Shown here in pieces: positions 1 through 11,699 of a stretch of 64,000 nt of DNA (positions are counted from its first letter, which is position 1; each line of letters starts with the position of its first letter). Below the pieces are notes generated by a model. The model worked only from the letters and a program-made list of their open reading frames with translations, searched no databases and was not told the DNA's origin. The position numbers and the translations under genes are program-made. Location: positions 1,612,001 to 1,676,000 of the forward strand of contig CM068775.1 of the NCBI GenBank assembly GCA_035084275.1, read 5' to 3'. The DNA is from Hydrolagus colliei (taxonomy: Eukaryota).

Positions 1-630
1 TCTCCTTCTCTCCCTCCTTTCCCCCTCTCCTTCTCTCCCTCCCTCCCTCCCTCTCCTCTCTTCCTCTCTCTTTCTATCCCTCCTTTCCCCTCTCCTTCTC
101 TCCCTCCCCCTCCACTCTCCCCTGCTCCCACCCTCCCCTCTCTCCTTCCCCTCTCTCCTCTCTCCCTCCCTCTCTCCCTTCTCTCCCTCTTTTCCCCTCT
201 CCTTCTCTCCCTCCCCCTCCACTCTCCCTGTCTCCTCTCCCTCCTTTCCCCCTCTCCTTCTCTCCCTCCCTCTCCTCTCTTCCTCTCTCCTTCTCTCCCA
301 ACTTTCCCCCTCTCCCTCCTCCCCTCTCTCCTTCTCTCCCTCCTTTCCCCCTCTCCTTCTCTCCCTCCCTATCCTCTCTTCCTCTCTCCTTCTCTCCCTC
401 CTGTCCCCTCGCTCCTTCTCTCCCTCCTTTCACCCTCTCATTCTCTCCCTCCTTCTTCTCTCTTCCTCTCTCCTCTCCCAACTTTCCCCCTCTCCTTCTC
501 TCCCTCCCCTCTCTCCCTCCCTCCCTCCTTTCCCCTCGCTCCTTCTCTCCCTCCTTTCCCCCTCTCATTCTCTCCCTCCCTCTCCTCTCTTCCTTTCTCC
601 TTCTCTCCCAACTTTCCCCCTTTCCTTCTC
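1..630. repeat. Polypyrimidine (CT-rich) degenerate simple repeat
   Basis: Almost exclusively C/T on + (ctctccctcc units). The overlapping G/E/R-rich ORF 74..661 is a low-complexity artefact. Confidence 0.95.
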
Positions 631-874
631 TCAAAATAGAACACACACACACCAAAAACAAAATCTAGAGATTTATTCTCCTCCATTTCTTGCTTGAAAG
701 TAGCATGTAATGTCCACGTGTAAATGAGATCTATTACAATAGAAAAGAGAGAGACAGACAGTCTGACTGTCAGAGTTAGAAGCCAGATTATCACTGCTGT
801 GTGTGTCTGACTAGACACACACATAGAGGCAGTGATATTTTGGCTTCTAACTCTCTCACACACAAAAATAACAC

Positions 875-1679
875 TTACAGCCACAAAATGCCACTTATTT
901 TTATGTAGTCTGAATCAATGTCCTTCGCCATTGGCAAGCTCTCCTTTGCTATGCAAAAAGTGACAGCGTTCGTGATACTTTGCCACTTTTTGTCCCCTCT
1001 CTGGTACAATGTTCTCCTCTTAAATAAAGCAGGAATTATTTGAGCTGCACTGGCCCCACTACCTGTCGCTTTCTCCGAAGCGCTGGTTCGACTTCCTGCT
1101 GTTGCCGACAATGATTTCGCTCTGAGGGCAGCGTGCTGGGCGGGGTGGTGCTGCTTAATGTGATGTCGCAGGTTGCTCGTGCTCGAATCAGATGTCTTAA
1201 CCAAGACCTTGCAAACTGTACATCTATACACACCATTACTGACTGCATTGTTTTCAAAGTAGTTCCACACGGGGCTTCTTTTCCCCATGATGAGAAAGGT
1301 AAATTTTCAAACTACAATTTTCAGCGATGCGACTTTGTTAAGACGCCACAACTCACGGCGAGTATACACAGTAAAGTGTGCGTGCGCATCGGATGTGGGC
1401 TCCCGTTAATTGTGCGCGCGCATCGAATGTACGCGCATTCCATGCTCTAGATCTAGGAGGTTGCATTGCCGGCGAAAAGGTAAGCTGGAAAAGATCGTAT
1501 TACACTGATAATACCAACAATATTGATATATTGCCAGGAACGATATTAAAAATATATCGATGTATATTTTTAAAATCGAATCCCTCGATATAACAGGTTT
1601 TTTAGAATTACCATATCGGCACACCGATGTGAAAATCACATCGGGTTTAATCGAAAAACCGATTAATCACCGTTCCCTA
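875..1679 (-). mobile_element. Internally deleted hAT (Ac/ZBED1-like) DNA transposon: one terminus plus BED zinc-finger N-terminus of the transposase
   Basis: ORF 875..1288 has a BED finger (SPVWNYF...C..C...STSNL..H...H), then hAT N-terminal sequence that stops abruptly. The terminus reads TAGGGAACGG on - from 1679, with CGAT/ATCG-rich subterminal palindromes at 1540-1670. Sequence right of 1679 resumes homology to intron 1 of the other GPCR copies. The other end is not in the window. Confidence 0.85.
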
Positions 1680-1699
1680 GTTCAAAGTATATACGGCAA

Positions 1700-1935
1700 A
1701 GTGAAATGACTTTGTATTTGTGGGCAAAGGGCAACAACTAATTGCATGTTTCCGTGTCCTACAAATGATCATGGATTGAAATGATGAATTTTATTATCTT
1801 TTGATGATGGATTATTACCAGTGGTGGAGTAAGGAAACTTGCTGAAGGTTAGCCCGGACCTGCCTGGAATTGAACCCAGGTGCATCACTTGGTGAATGCT
1901 CTAATCACTCAGCTGCAGGCCTCGGCTACAGAAAT
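1700..1935 (-). mobile_element. tRNA-headed SINE (Deu-SINE/L2-tail type), decayed
   Basis: A-box/B-box-like head (tagc..agtgattagagc / ggttcaattcc on -) followed by the body motif aagtttccttactccac. Paralogous copy at about 40438-40680 (+). Confidence 0.7.
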
Positions 1936-2239
1936 GGGGATAACCAGGGCTATGAGTCTGAATGTGCAACTTTATCTGAGAGCTGGTGCAGACTCAAAGA
2001 GCCCCAAATCTACGTTATATTGTAAATATGTGTGATTGATATTAACTTTTCTGAATTACAATATAACAGGATCAAAAATTGACACACAATTTGTTGCTGT
2101 TAGTCTAGCTGGATTATTCAGAGAAGGCACCGATTAATTGTATTATCATATTATTGAGCCATTTTTCTGGGATTTCAACATTACACAGAACAGGTGGGCC
2201 GAATGACCTCCATAACTGCCATAAAATGCATAATTACAA

Positions 2240-3600
2240 CAACAACAGAATTACATTCATAGAGCGTCTTACATATTGGGAGGACATCCCAAGGTGCTGA
2301 ACATTCAGATCACGAAACCAGCAAGTGAGAGGGAAAGGGTAGGTGGGATGGATAGTAGAGATTTAGGAGGAGAGGGAGAGAGTTGGGACTGCAGCAGAAG
2401 GCACAATCGAAGAGCTTTCATACCAGCCTTCAAGGAAGCAAGGGAGGAATCCAGGTGAAGGAAATGTGGGATGGAATTCCAGAGTGTGGGGGCAGAGATA
2501 TTGAAAGTCCATCCACCGATGTTAGGGTGAGTCAGGCGGGTGACATGGAGCAGACCAAAGCCTGCTGAACAGAGGGGTCTGACAGGTTCATAAGCAGACA
2601 GCATTTCAGAGAGATTGGAGGGGGCAAGTCCATGAATGGCCTTGAAAGTGGGAATGAGAATCTTGAATTCGATCCTCTGGGGATGGTGAGCCAATGGAGC
2701 CGGGCAAGGGTGGGAGTCATATGGTCGTGGAGCTTGGTGCGGGAGAGGATGTGAGCTGCAGTGTTGTGAATGATAATCAGATTGTGAAAGGAAGAGCCAG
2801 AAAGGACAACGAGGAAGCAGTTTCGAAAGTTGAGCCTTGATACGATGAATGCATGGACAATGGTTTTGGCAGCCTGAGGGGTGAGGCAGTGGCGGAGTCC
2901 GGCAATGTTGTGAGATGGTGGAAGGCAGTACTGGTTATGGCGCTGATTTGGTGGGTGGTGGGGTGGGGGGGGAGGGGGAGTTGGGAGGACAGTTCAGAAT
3001 CAAACAGGTTCCTGACTGACTTTGAGAGATGGAGAGTGCAGCCTTCGATGCTGATGCTGCCAATGTCTGAGTTGTGGAGGTGCTGATGTGAGCCAATCAG
3101 GAGGATATTCCGCTGTGTATATCACATCAAGGGAAGAATTCTTTAGGGTTGGGCTGATAGTGGTTGTTGTCAAGGGTGGGAGAATTATGCTGGATGAAAG
3201 GGATAGGTTGACTGTGTCGGCAAGTATTGGGGTAAGTAGTTTGAGCTGGGAGACAAGGGGATGGGTGAGAATAGATCCAGGGAGCAGGTATTAAGGTGTA
3301 AAAGGAGGGATGATAGCGGTTGGGGAGTGGCGGGGTGGTGGGGGGACAGGGGGGTGGTGGGGTGTTGGTGGAATTTGGAAGAGTGGTGACAGATGAATTT
3401 CCCTCAATTTGGGATTTGAGGAAATCCATCAACTCATCGCAGTAGGACTTGTAGGAGAGGATCTGAGAGGTGTGATGGGGAATGCCGAAGGAGCCAGTGT
3501 GTTATGGAGAACAGGAACTTGTGGTTGTCCTTCAACTAATCAAATTTCTATTCCAGGATCACCTTGGAGGTGGAGACCAGAGCGGAGAAGTAGTTTTTGA
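2240..3600 (-). mobile_element. L2 LINE 3' fragments
   Basis: ORF remnants such as QRIEFKILIPTFKAIHGLAPS..LWNSIP (L2 RT C-terminal tether), with a (gtt)n tail at about 2235-2250. Confidence 0.8.
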
Positions 3601-3954
3601 TGTGGTCCACCCAGATATGCCAGTGGATCTTTAGACCAGATTTGAGCCAGATGCATTCAGCGGCTGACACCTGGACTTTGAGCAACAGGACGTGGAGTAA
3701 CACTTTGAGAGTAACACTTTGGAAAGTAATCAGGAAAATAATTTTGCTGATTGTTTAATGCAGGCTACCTTACAACAAGGCCACAATTTGAACCTGTATG
3801 AAAGGGTTTGCTGAAGGTTTGAGATATGGATGTTGTTCTAAAGTAATTGAATCAACTCAAAGGATAAACAACCAAATATGACACACCCTTAAACTCCTCA
3901 TATCACACCTGTATACAAATGAATAATTTTCCCTATTTTCTTTCCTACACACAG

Positions 3955-4877
3955 TTAATTTGCTGGCGATTGTGATCCTGTCAAGAGGAAACTGTGGTCT
4001 CTCAAATTGCGTCACTCGCTATCTGGTGGCCATGGCAGCCGCGGATCTCCAGGTTGTCCTCACAGATGTGTTGTTAAACAAAATTAATAATCTGTATTTC
4101 CCATTAAATTTCTTATTCTACACTCCAGTGTGTAGTGTTAGAGTTGTGTTGCTGAGTGCAGCAATGTTCATGTCTTTGTGGTTCACTGTTGCTTTCAGTT
4201 TTGACCGATTTGTTGCCATTTGCTGCCAAAAGCTGAAACCAACATATTGCACTGAGAGAACGGCCACAGTGGTTATTGTAACTCTGTCTGTTATTTGCTG
4301 CTCAGTCAGCATTCCCTGTTACTTTGTATTTGATCCTCAGTTCAAAGTTAATAATAAACCGTGGTACTGTATCTTCAAACCAAACTTTTATACTTTGCTC
4401 ACCTGGAAATTATACGAAAGGTTGATCCGTGTTTTTAATCCACTGATTGTGTTTGCTTTGATTTGCCTGTTCAACGCTGTGATTATCAGACACATTCTGA
4501 TGGCCAGTAAAGTCCGCAGGAGACTTCGGGGTCAGAGAAATGCCGAGAAAACAATTGATCCTGAGTTGGGAAACCGAAGAAAATCCATCATTTTATTGTT
4601 CGCCATATCAGGTAGTTTTATAATTTTGAGGACAACTTATGTTACACATTCCTTCATATGGCAACTTTCCAATTTTAATTATAGTGAACCATTGATCATT
4701 AACACCCGATACATTATCCAAGAAATTGGAATCATGCTGCAAAGGTTGAGTTGTTGCACAAACACCTGTATATATGCATTAACTCAGACTAAGTTCAGAG
4801 AGGAGTTAAGGAAAGGGTTAGTTTATCCATTTCATATCATTGCTAAGTTAACGATAAAACATCAAGAAAAAAGGTAG
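3955..4877 (+). CDS. GPR139/142-like class A GPCR, coding exon 2 (exon 1 lies upstream of the window start)
   Basis: Acceptor ttcctacacacag|TT at 3954/3955. Open 7TM frame with a DRF motif, TM1 (V)NLLAIVILSR and TM7 CCTNTCIY. Same exon structure as the - strand paralogues. TM6 carries R where paralogues have W (LRTTY vs LWTTY). Confidence 0.85.
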
Positions 4878-6289
4878 GAAAGAAATTGGCCACAAATGCG
4901 ATTGAACTTCAGCAACATTGGTGACTATCTCACAATCAGGGAAACCGTCCAACATTATGAGCAGATATCAATTATTCACAGTTTCCTTTCAAATGTGGTA
5001 ACTGTCTATAAATTGCAAACTACTGCTCCATGAAACATTAAAAGTTAACTTTTCATGACTTGGTGAAGCAATGTTTGATCCTGGATTCAATGAGGTTTTC
5101 CATCACACATATAACATGTACATTGCTGCCGTCCAAATAATTGCTGATCTTATACAACCAACAACACACTTACATTTATTACACTTCAAGTTAGGGGGAC
5201 GTCCCAAGGCACTAAACAGTAGGGGATTTGTCCTGCCCTTCGGAGGTAGTGAGTGTATGTATTGAGAAGCAATTTATTTCAGTACATGTATAACTACTGG
5301 AAAATAAATAAAATGGATTGAGTTCTGATAACAACTTAAAGGCCATTCATGATTTGCCCATCCTCACTAGATCATGGGCTGGACAAAGAATAATATTCGG
5401 AGTCACAACTGCACAGGATGCGAGATTTCCACCAATCCCTGTGAAGAAGGTGTTGTGTCCATTCGCTATAGAGTTCAGGCTGTCAATGTCAAACACTGCC
5501 AAAGGTTTATTAAACAACAAAATACATGTAACTCAAGACCGCCTGAAGCTGTTGGGTCCCGTAGCATAGTGTTGCATAACATACCTGTCAAGCGAGAGGT
5601 CTCAGCTTCAATTGCCAGGCCGGATAATAATTGGACATGTTTTCATACTCCAAACACCTCTGTTTACCTAGAAGTGAGAAGTAACACATCTGTTGGTCGA
5701 TCACTTTTCTGGGGTAATAATGCCTTCCAGAAATAATCTGAATAACAATGTGGTCACTCAAACCCTAACTTTTTGTGGGACACTTGCTGTGTGTGATCAG
5801 CTGCCATGTTTCCCTCACAAAATATACAATTAATTCACTTTACAGTATATCATGTGAAGCACTACAGGTCACCTCGAAGGTGATATATAACATGCCAGAA
5901 ATATTATTATTATTGTCACTCCTACATGAGTCATTTTGCTGTCAATATTACAAACACATTGACTGATGTGTAAGTTCATGTATTTATCCACAAAATAGGG
6001 AAAATTGAGGAGGAAAGTCGGAGGGAACAGATAGACTGATGAAATGGGCAGACAGATGGCAGATAAAATTTAATGCAGTATAAAGTGCTGCGTTTTGTTA
6101 AGCGTATTTATAGCGATGCAATACAAGCCAATAGTTGCAACTTTAAAGTTTTGCAAAGATTTAAAATTTTACAATCTTAATGCAACAGATATACCTGTGA
6201 GTTCGCAAACATTTGGGCACCCTCATGTCCCTATTTCAATGTTTCAATCATTTCAATTTTATATAGGATGTGCTTTCGTTCACTTAACA

Positions 6290-6900
6290 ACAACAACAAA
6301 ATTACATTTAGATGCTGCTTTCACATCAGAAGTACATCCCAAGTTACTGTACAGTCAGTGTCTCAGACACAAACTGGGTTTGGGATTGGGAAGGGTTGAG
6401 GGGAAGGATGAGATTTGGCGTGATTGATGGGATAGTTGAAGAATAGGGTCTTGTGATGGGACTTGATGGAAACAGGGAGGTGGGTGATCAGTGGGTATTA
6501 TGGGAAGGAGTTCCAGAAGTTGGAGGCAGAATGGCTGATGGCTCATCCACCAATATTGGAGTGCGAGAGTTGGGGAACAAAGAGCCAGAAAGAGCCCTCT
6601 GAGCGGAAGTAGCACACAGGTTTGTAGGGGGTTAGGAGTTTGCAGAGGTACAGTTGAGCAAGGCCATGCAAGGCTTTAAAGGTGAGGACCAGGATCTTGA
6701 ATTGAATCCTCTGGGTGATGGGAGCCAATGGAGTCGGGCGAGAATGGAAATGGGGTCACAGAGCTTGGTGCAGGAGAGTATGCAGGATGCAGATTTCTGG
6801 ACGATTGTAGGGTTCAAAGAGGGAATGGTGAGAAAGGAATGAGTGACACTGAGACAAAACAACTCGATCCAGGACTTTGGAGAGGAATGGGAAGTTGAAG
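6290..6900 (-). mobile_element. L2 LINE 3' fragment
   Basis: QRIQFKILVLTFKALHGLA remnant in ORF 6543..6728 and an (aac)n tail near 6285. Confidence 0.75.
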
Positions 6901-6902
6901 GA

Positions 6903-7152
6903 GCAGTCCTATAGCTTACTGGTAAGAGCATTTGCCTTACAAGCATGAGACCTGTGGTCGAATCCAGGCAGGTCAGGGCAAAACCTTGGGCAAGTTTCCT
7001 TACTACACAAGCCTAAAAATAATCCCTTCAAACAAAACATGATAATAAATTGGGTCATTTCAACCATGACTGTTTGTGGGACACTGCTATGTTTAATTAG
7101 CTGCCGCATTTCATCCACATATATACAACGTGAAAAGCGCAATATCAAATGC
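6903..7152 (+). mobile_element. tRNA-headed Deu-SINE-like element
   Basis: Head tagcttactggtaagagc...ggtcgaatccaggc. Body tgtttgtggga..ctgctatg..aattagctgcc is Deu-domain-like. L2-like end aaaagcgcaatatcaaatgc. Confidence 0.75.
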
Positions 7153-7179
7153 CATCATTATATATGTGGGAGTGCTTTG

Positions 7180-8455
7180 GAGTGGGGGGGAGTGGAGTGT
7201 GGGGGAGTGAAGAGTGCAAAGAATGGGGGGGGAGTGCGGGGGAATGGGGGGGATTGCGGGGGAATGGGGGGGAGTGCGGGGGTATTGGGGGTAGTGGGGG
7301 GAGTGCGGGGGAATGGGAATTGTGGGGCAGTGGGGGTTAATGTGGGGGAGTGGGGGCAATTGGAGGAAGGAGTGTAGGCGAATGCAGGGGAGTGTATGGG
7401 AGTGGGGAAATTAGGAGTGTGTGCAGGGGAATGGGGAGTGGGGGAGAGTGTGGAATGTGGGGGTGAGTGTGGTGTTTGGAGAGAGTGTGGGGGAGAGGGG
7501 GGTGAGTGGGGATTGTGGGGGAGTGGGGGGAGCATGGGGGATTCGGATGTTGGGGCGAGAGCGGGAGGAGAGAGGGGAAGTGTGGTGGAGTGAGCGGGAG
7601 TGTGGGGGATTGAGGAGTGGGGAGTTGGGAGCGAGGGTTAATGTGGGGAGTGGGGAGTGTGGCATGTGAGGGGCGAGTGTGGGGGAGAGCGGGTGAGTGC
7701 ACGGGAGTGGGTGGAGTGCAGGGGAGTTTGGGAAATGGGGAGTGGGGGGGATTGTGTGGGAGTGGGGAGTTGGGGGGAGTATGGGGGAGTGGGGAGTTGT
7801 AAGGAGTATCAGGGAGTGGGGAGGAGTGGGGGGGCGTGGGAGGGAGTGCGTGGCAGTGGGGAGTGCGGGGGAGTGGGGGGTAAAGTGGGGGAGTGTGGGG
7901 GAGTGTGGTGCAGTGTGAGGGAGTGCGGAGAAGTGGGGAATATGAGTGAGTGGGGAGTGTGGGGGAGATCGGGTGAGTGGTGGGGAATGGGGGGAGTGGG
8001 GAGTATGGGGGAGTGGTGGGGAGTGGAAGGGATTGGAGGAGTGGGGGGTAGTGTGAGGGAGTGGGGAGAAGTGCGGGAGAGTAGGGAGTGTGGAGTGGGG
8101 GTGAGTACAGGGGAATGGGAGGAGTGCAGGAGAATGTGGGGGAGTGGGGAGTGAGGGCGACTGAATAGTGGGAGAGAGTGGGGGGGAATGTGTAGTGAGT
8201 GAGGGTGAGTGGGAAGGAATGGGGTGGAGTGGGAAGGAATGGGGTGGAGTGGGGGGGGGGGGTGGGGATTAGTGGGAATGAGTGGGGGGAGTGGGAGCGA
8301 GTGGGGAGTGGGAGCGAGTGGGGAGTGGGGGAAGTGAGTGTGGGTGAGGGTGAGAGAATGGGGGAGAGTGCGGAATGAGTGGAGGGGGAGTGCGGAGTGG
8401 GAGGGAGTGAGGAGTGGGGGGGAGTGGGTTGTGGGTGGGTGTGTGGGAGGAGGAA
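7180..8455 (+). repeat. G-rich degenerate tandem array (GGGGAGT/GGGGAAT-like units)
   Basis: About 1.3 kb of strand-asymmetric G-tracts separated by AGT/AAT/AGTGT. The overlapping ORFs are low-complexity artefacts. Confidence 0.9.
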
Positions 8456-8589
8456 GGACAGGCATCTCGGCTTGTCTCATGCAGTTCACTACAATAGAGG
8501 CCACCCCCAACCCCTGCCCCCACCAACCAACTCGCCCAGTTCAGGACTGATGCCGAGCTGGGGGAGGGGAGGGCGGCTGCCCGTATATA

Positions 8590-9480
8590 TGGACGAAGAG
8601 GAATGAATTTAGGTGTGACCTGAAGATGCAGAGGCAAGAGTCCTGACATAGAATTAGAGCAAGAGTGTTCCAGAGTTTAGGGAGAAGATGTCAGAGTGTG
8701 GCTGATGGTGAACGGGACATATTATGCCCTGAGGCCCTGGAACTCCCTTCCTCAGTCCCTTTGCATCGTGCCCTCTCTTCCTATTTTCAGGTCTCGTTTA
8801 AAGACCTTTCTTTTCGATGGTACTTTCGCCTTTCTCCCCCACCCCACCCCCACATCCCCTACCCAGCTAGGTCCCAGGATCCGTTATTGGGAAGGACTCT
8901 GAGATGCCATCCGGCGTGGAGGGAGCTATATATAAATCCAAGTTGTTCCTCCCTCCACAGTCTGCAGATATTTCAGAATTCTGTGGCCCATGTCCTCTAC
9001 CATTCCAAAATCTGTGAACCCATCTCCTCCATCCTTGCCCGACTCCATTGGCTCCCTAACATCCAGAGGATCCCATTCAATATCCTGGACCCCACCCTAC
9101 ATTAGTGACTTCCGATCCCCTCACCAACCTTCCCGCCCCTCCCTATCTCCGCTCAGCAGGCTCTGGCCCATTCTCTCCCCCTCACCCACACTCACTCCCT
9201 CTCCATATTCCCCGACCCACCCACCCAGTTATTGGTCCTTCAGCCACTCTGCCCCAAACCTCTGGAACTCTCTCCCACAGTCCCTCCGCCTCGCTCACCC
9301 TCTCCCTGGCCTCCTTCAAATCTCACCTCAAGACTCTCTTCTTCAATAGCCCCATCGGCAACTCCTATTCCCCTCACTTCCCTCCCCCCCATCATCAGCT
9401 CGGTCTGAAGGAGTAACTGTCCAGCACCTAGGAACGTCCTCCTGACTTGAAAGGCGTTATATAAGTGTAATTATGTTGTT
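8590..9480 (+). mobile_element. L2 LINE/SINE 3' fragments (at least two tandem pieces)
   Basis: ILARLHWLP..QRIPFNIL and LWNSLPQSLRL remnants, ending in (gtt)n tails. Confidence 0.7.
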
Positions 9481-10024
9481 GTTGCTGTTGTTGTCAATCA
9501 AATAATAAGTGATAAAAGCTTTTATGTTTGAAAGTGATTTTAACTTAAAATTTTAAATGGAAAATCTGAGGATGCTTATAATCTGATGATGCTTTTTCTT
9601 AAACAGGAGATTTTGTAGTAAATTAAAGTGAAACAGACACATTAATTATCCTTGGCATCTAATGCAGCGTCTTGAAGAACAACAACTTGTATTTACACTG
9701 GTCGGCGTCCCAGAGCGCTTAACAATGCTGGAGCCCGATGCTGAGCCAGGAGCAGGGGGGATGTGACAAAAGGCACGGATACCAACCCAGACCATCACTC
9801 CTCTCCCCCACTACAGATAAATATTAAAACTTAAAATCTGGTAGATATATACCGTACATTGATGCAAAGATTTTCTTTCTCAAACCCTCGAAACTGTCTC
9901 TCCCTCAAAGGCACAGTTAGAATTTAGAGTCTGTTTCCCCCCTGTTGCTGTCTATCTCTCCCTTTGTGTCTCTCTCCCTCTCTCCCTGTCTCTCTCTCTC
10001 TCACCAACTCAACCGCTGGAGCAA

Positions 10025-10135
10025 AGATAACACAAACAGAAGTTGCCGGGGAAATTCAGCAGGTCAGGCAGCATCCATGGAGAAAGGAAAAAGACTCAAC
10101 GTTTCGGGTCTACAAGCCTTCGTCAGAACGGTTGG
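10025..10135 (-). mobile_element. Penelope-like element terminal-repeat fragment with a hammerhead-like core
   Basis: The - strand reads gttCTGACGAaggcttgtagaccCGAAACGTTgagtc...gatgctgcctgacctgctg. From recall, this resembles the common chondrichthyan Penelope-type repeat. Confidence 0.6.
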
Positions 10136-10164
10136 AGCAAAGATGCTGTGATTGACAGCTCCGT

Positions 10165-10257
10165 ATGACGTCACCTGCATCAGGAGTCCCGCCCCTGTGG
10201 ACCCTCCCTATTGTTGGGAACCAGCTGTCTGCTGGCCAGCGCCACCTAACGATTGGC
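10165..10257. promoter_or_regulatory. Promoter-like motif cluster: CRE, GC box, CTCF-like, CCAAT
   Basis: TGACGTCA at 10166-10173, CCCGCCCC at 10188-10195, GGCCAGCGCCACCTA at about 10234-10248, ATTGG at 10252-10256. Motif matches only. Confidence 0.35.
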
Positions 10258-10869
10258 TGCTCGTCCCGTCAATCTAGAGTGTCACCTTAAAGCGGTAATG
10301 TTCATTTCCCTCATCTCCACCCACTGTCACCCAGATATATTTGATCAATGGACGATATTTATTTCACCAGCACTACAATATATTTTGCATTTGATATCAG
10401 GCCAAATCACTTCTTTGAGATGTCTCAAAGTGCTTCACACAATACACTGTTGTGTGTTTTGTGGGCAAAGGGTGGCAGCCAGTTTTGAAGGCAGTGTCCC
10501 ACAGTGTTGTTGATTAAGTTAAAAAAAATTGGGTTTGGAGTACGTTTGAGCTTTCAGCTGATGGACTAGTGCAGCATCAGGGCCATCCTTCGAATGAGAC
10601 CTTAGACCTTAAATGTGAGGCCAAACGGTAAAGATCTCCCACAGGAAAGAGAAGGGAGTTACTCTCTCTAGAAGGGAGTTACTCTCTCTCTGTTTCTCCC
10701 ATTGTGCTGGCTGACAGATGAGTGTGTGAGAGAGAGACAAAGATTGATATGACAGCAAGGGAAACATAAACCCACAAAGAGAAAGAAAGACACACATATA
10801 CTGTGAAATGATGAAACCTCAATCAAAGTACATCATTTTGACCACTAAAGATATAAAATTTGCTGGCAA

Positions 10870-11290
10870 TACAACAACAAAATTACATTCATGGAGAGCC
10901 TTTCACATCGGGAGGACGTCCCAAGGCGCTGAACAGTCAGGGGTTGGGACTCGAACAAAGGGGAGGGCAGGTTAGGGGGAGGGGAGGGGAGGGAGAGAGT
11001 TGGCGTGGAGAATTGGTAACAGAAGGCACAATCGAAGAGGAGGGTCTTGAAACTGGCCTTGAAGAAGGCAAGGCAAAGGGACTGTGGGATGGAGTTCCAA
11101 AGTGTGAGGTCAGAGATGGTGAAAGGCCTTCCACTGATGGTAGGGCAGGTCTGGTGCGGTACGTGGAGCAGACTGGAGCCTGCTGAATGGAAGGAGCGGG
11201 CAGGTTCATAGGGATTCAGCAGGTTGGAGAGATAGGAGGGGGCAAGGCAGCGAATGTTCTTGAAAGTGACATGGTGCTCAGGTATGGTAA
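10870..11290 (-). mobile_element. L2 LINE 3' fragment
   Basis: LAPSYLSNLLNPYEPARS..LWNSIPQSL remnant and an (aac)n tail. Confidence 0.75.
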
Positions 11291-11699
11291 CTGTGCCCAA
11301 ATCCAACGGTTCCTATCGCATCTGCTTTGACCTCCCTCAACTCAACAAGAGTGTACCACGTGAGATTCATCCCATGTCCTGAGTCGCCAAAAGCTTGGCT
11401 AAGCTTGGGAAAGTAGAATCGTGGGGAGGGGGAGTGGAGGCCAGGCGGGGGGGGGGGGGGGGGGGGGATGGGGGGAGGCCAGTGGGGGGGGGGGGGGGGG
11501 GGGGAATCAAACACCAATCAGCAGATGGACAGGAGGTTGAGTGTTTGCTGACGGTGAGGTTGACAGTGTTGAAGGCGGCAGGGAGGCCAAACAGGAGAAG
11601 TGGGCAGAGAGAGCAGCCATTCCCTGTGTTTGCCTGTGGCTGTCTCTCTGTCTCTGGGCGGCCTGGGAACCACGACATTAGACTGACAGACCTGGATTG

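Noticed and set aside
74-884. Long ORFs over the CT-rich repeat, and similar ORFs at 7039-8649, 11278-12632 and 17743-18450
   Set aside because: Low-complexity translations of simple repeats, with no domain motifs.
3955-4877. Assigning the symbol GPR139 to the GPCRs
   Set aside because: The resemblance is family-level only. These look like a lineage-specific expansion, and orthology cannot be shown without a phylogeny.
7180-8455. G-rich array as an Ig class-switch region
   Set aside because: The G-rich strand is the wrong one for the - strand IgH unit, it is not visibly AGCT-rich, and no C exons follow.
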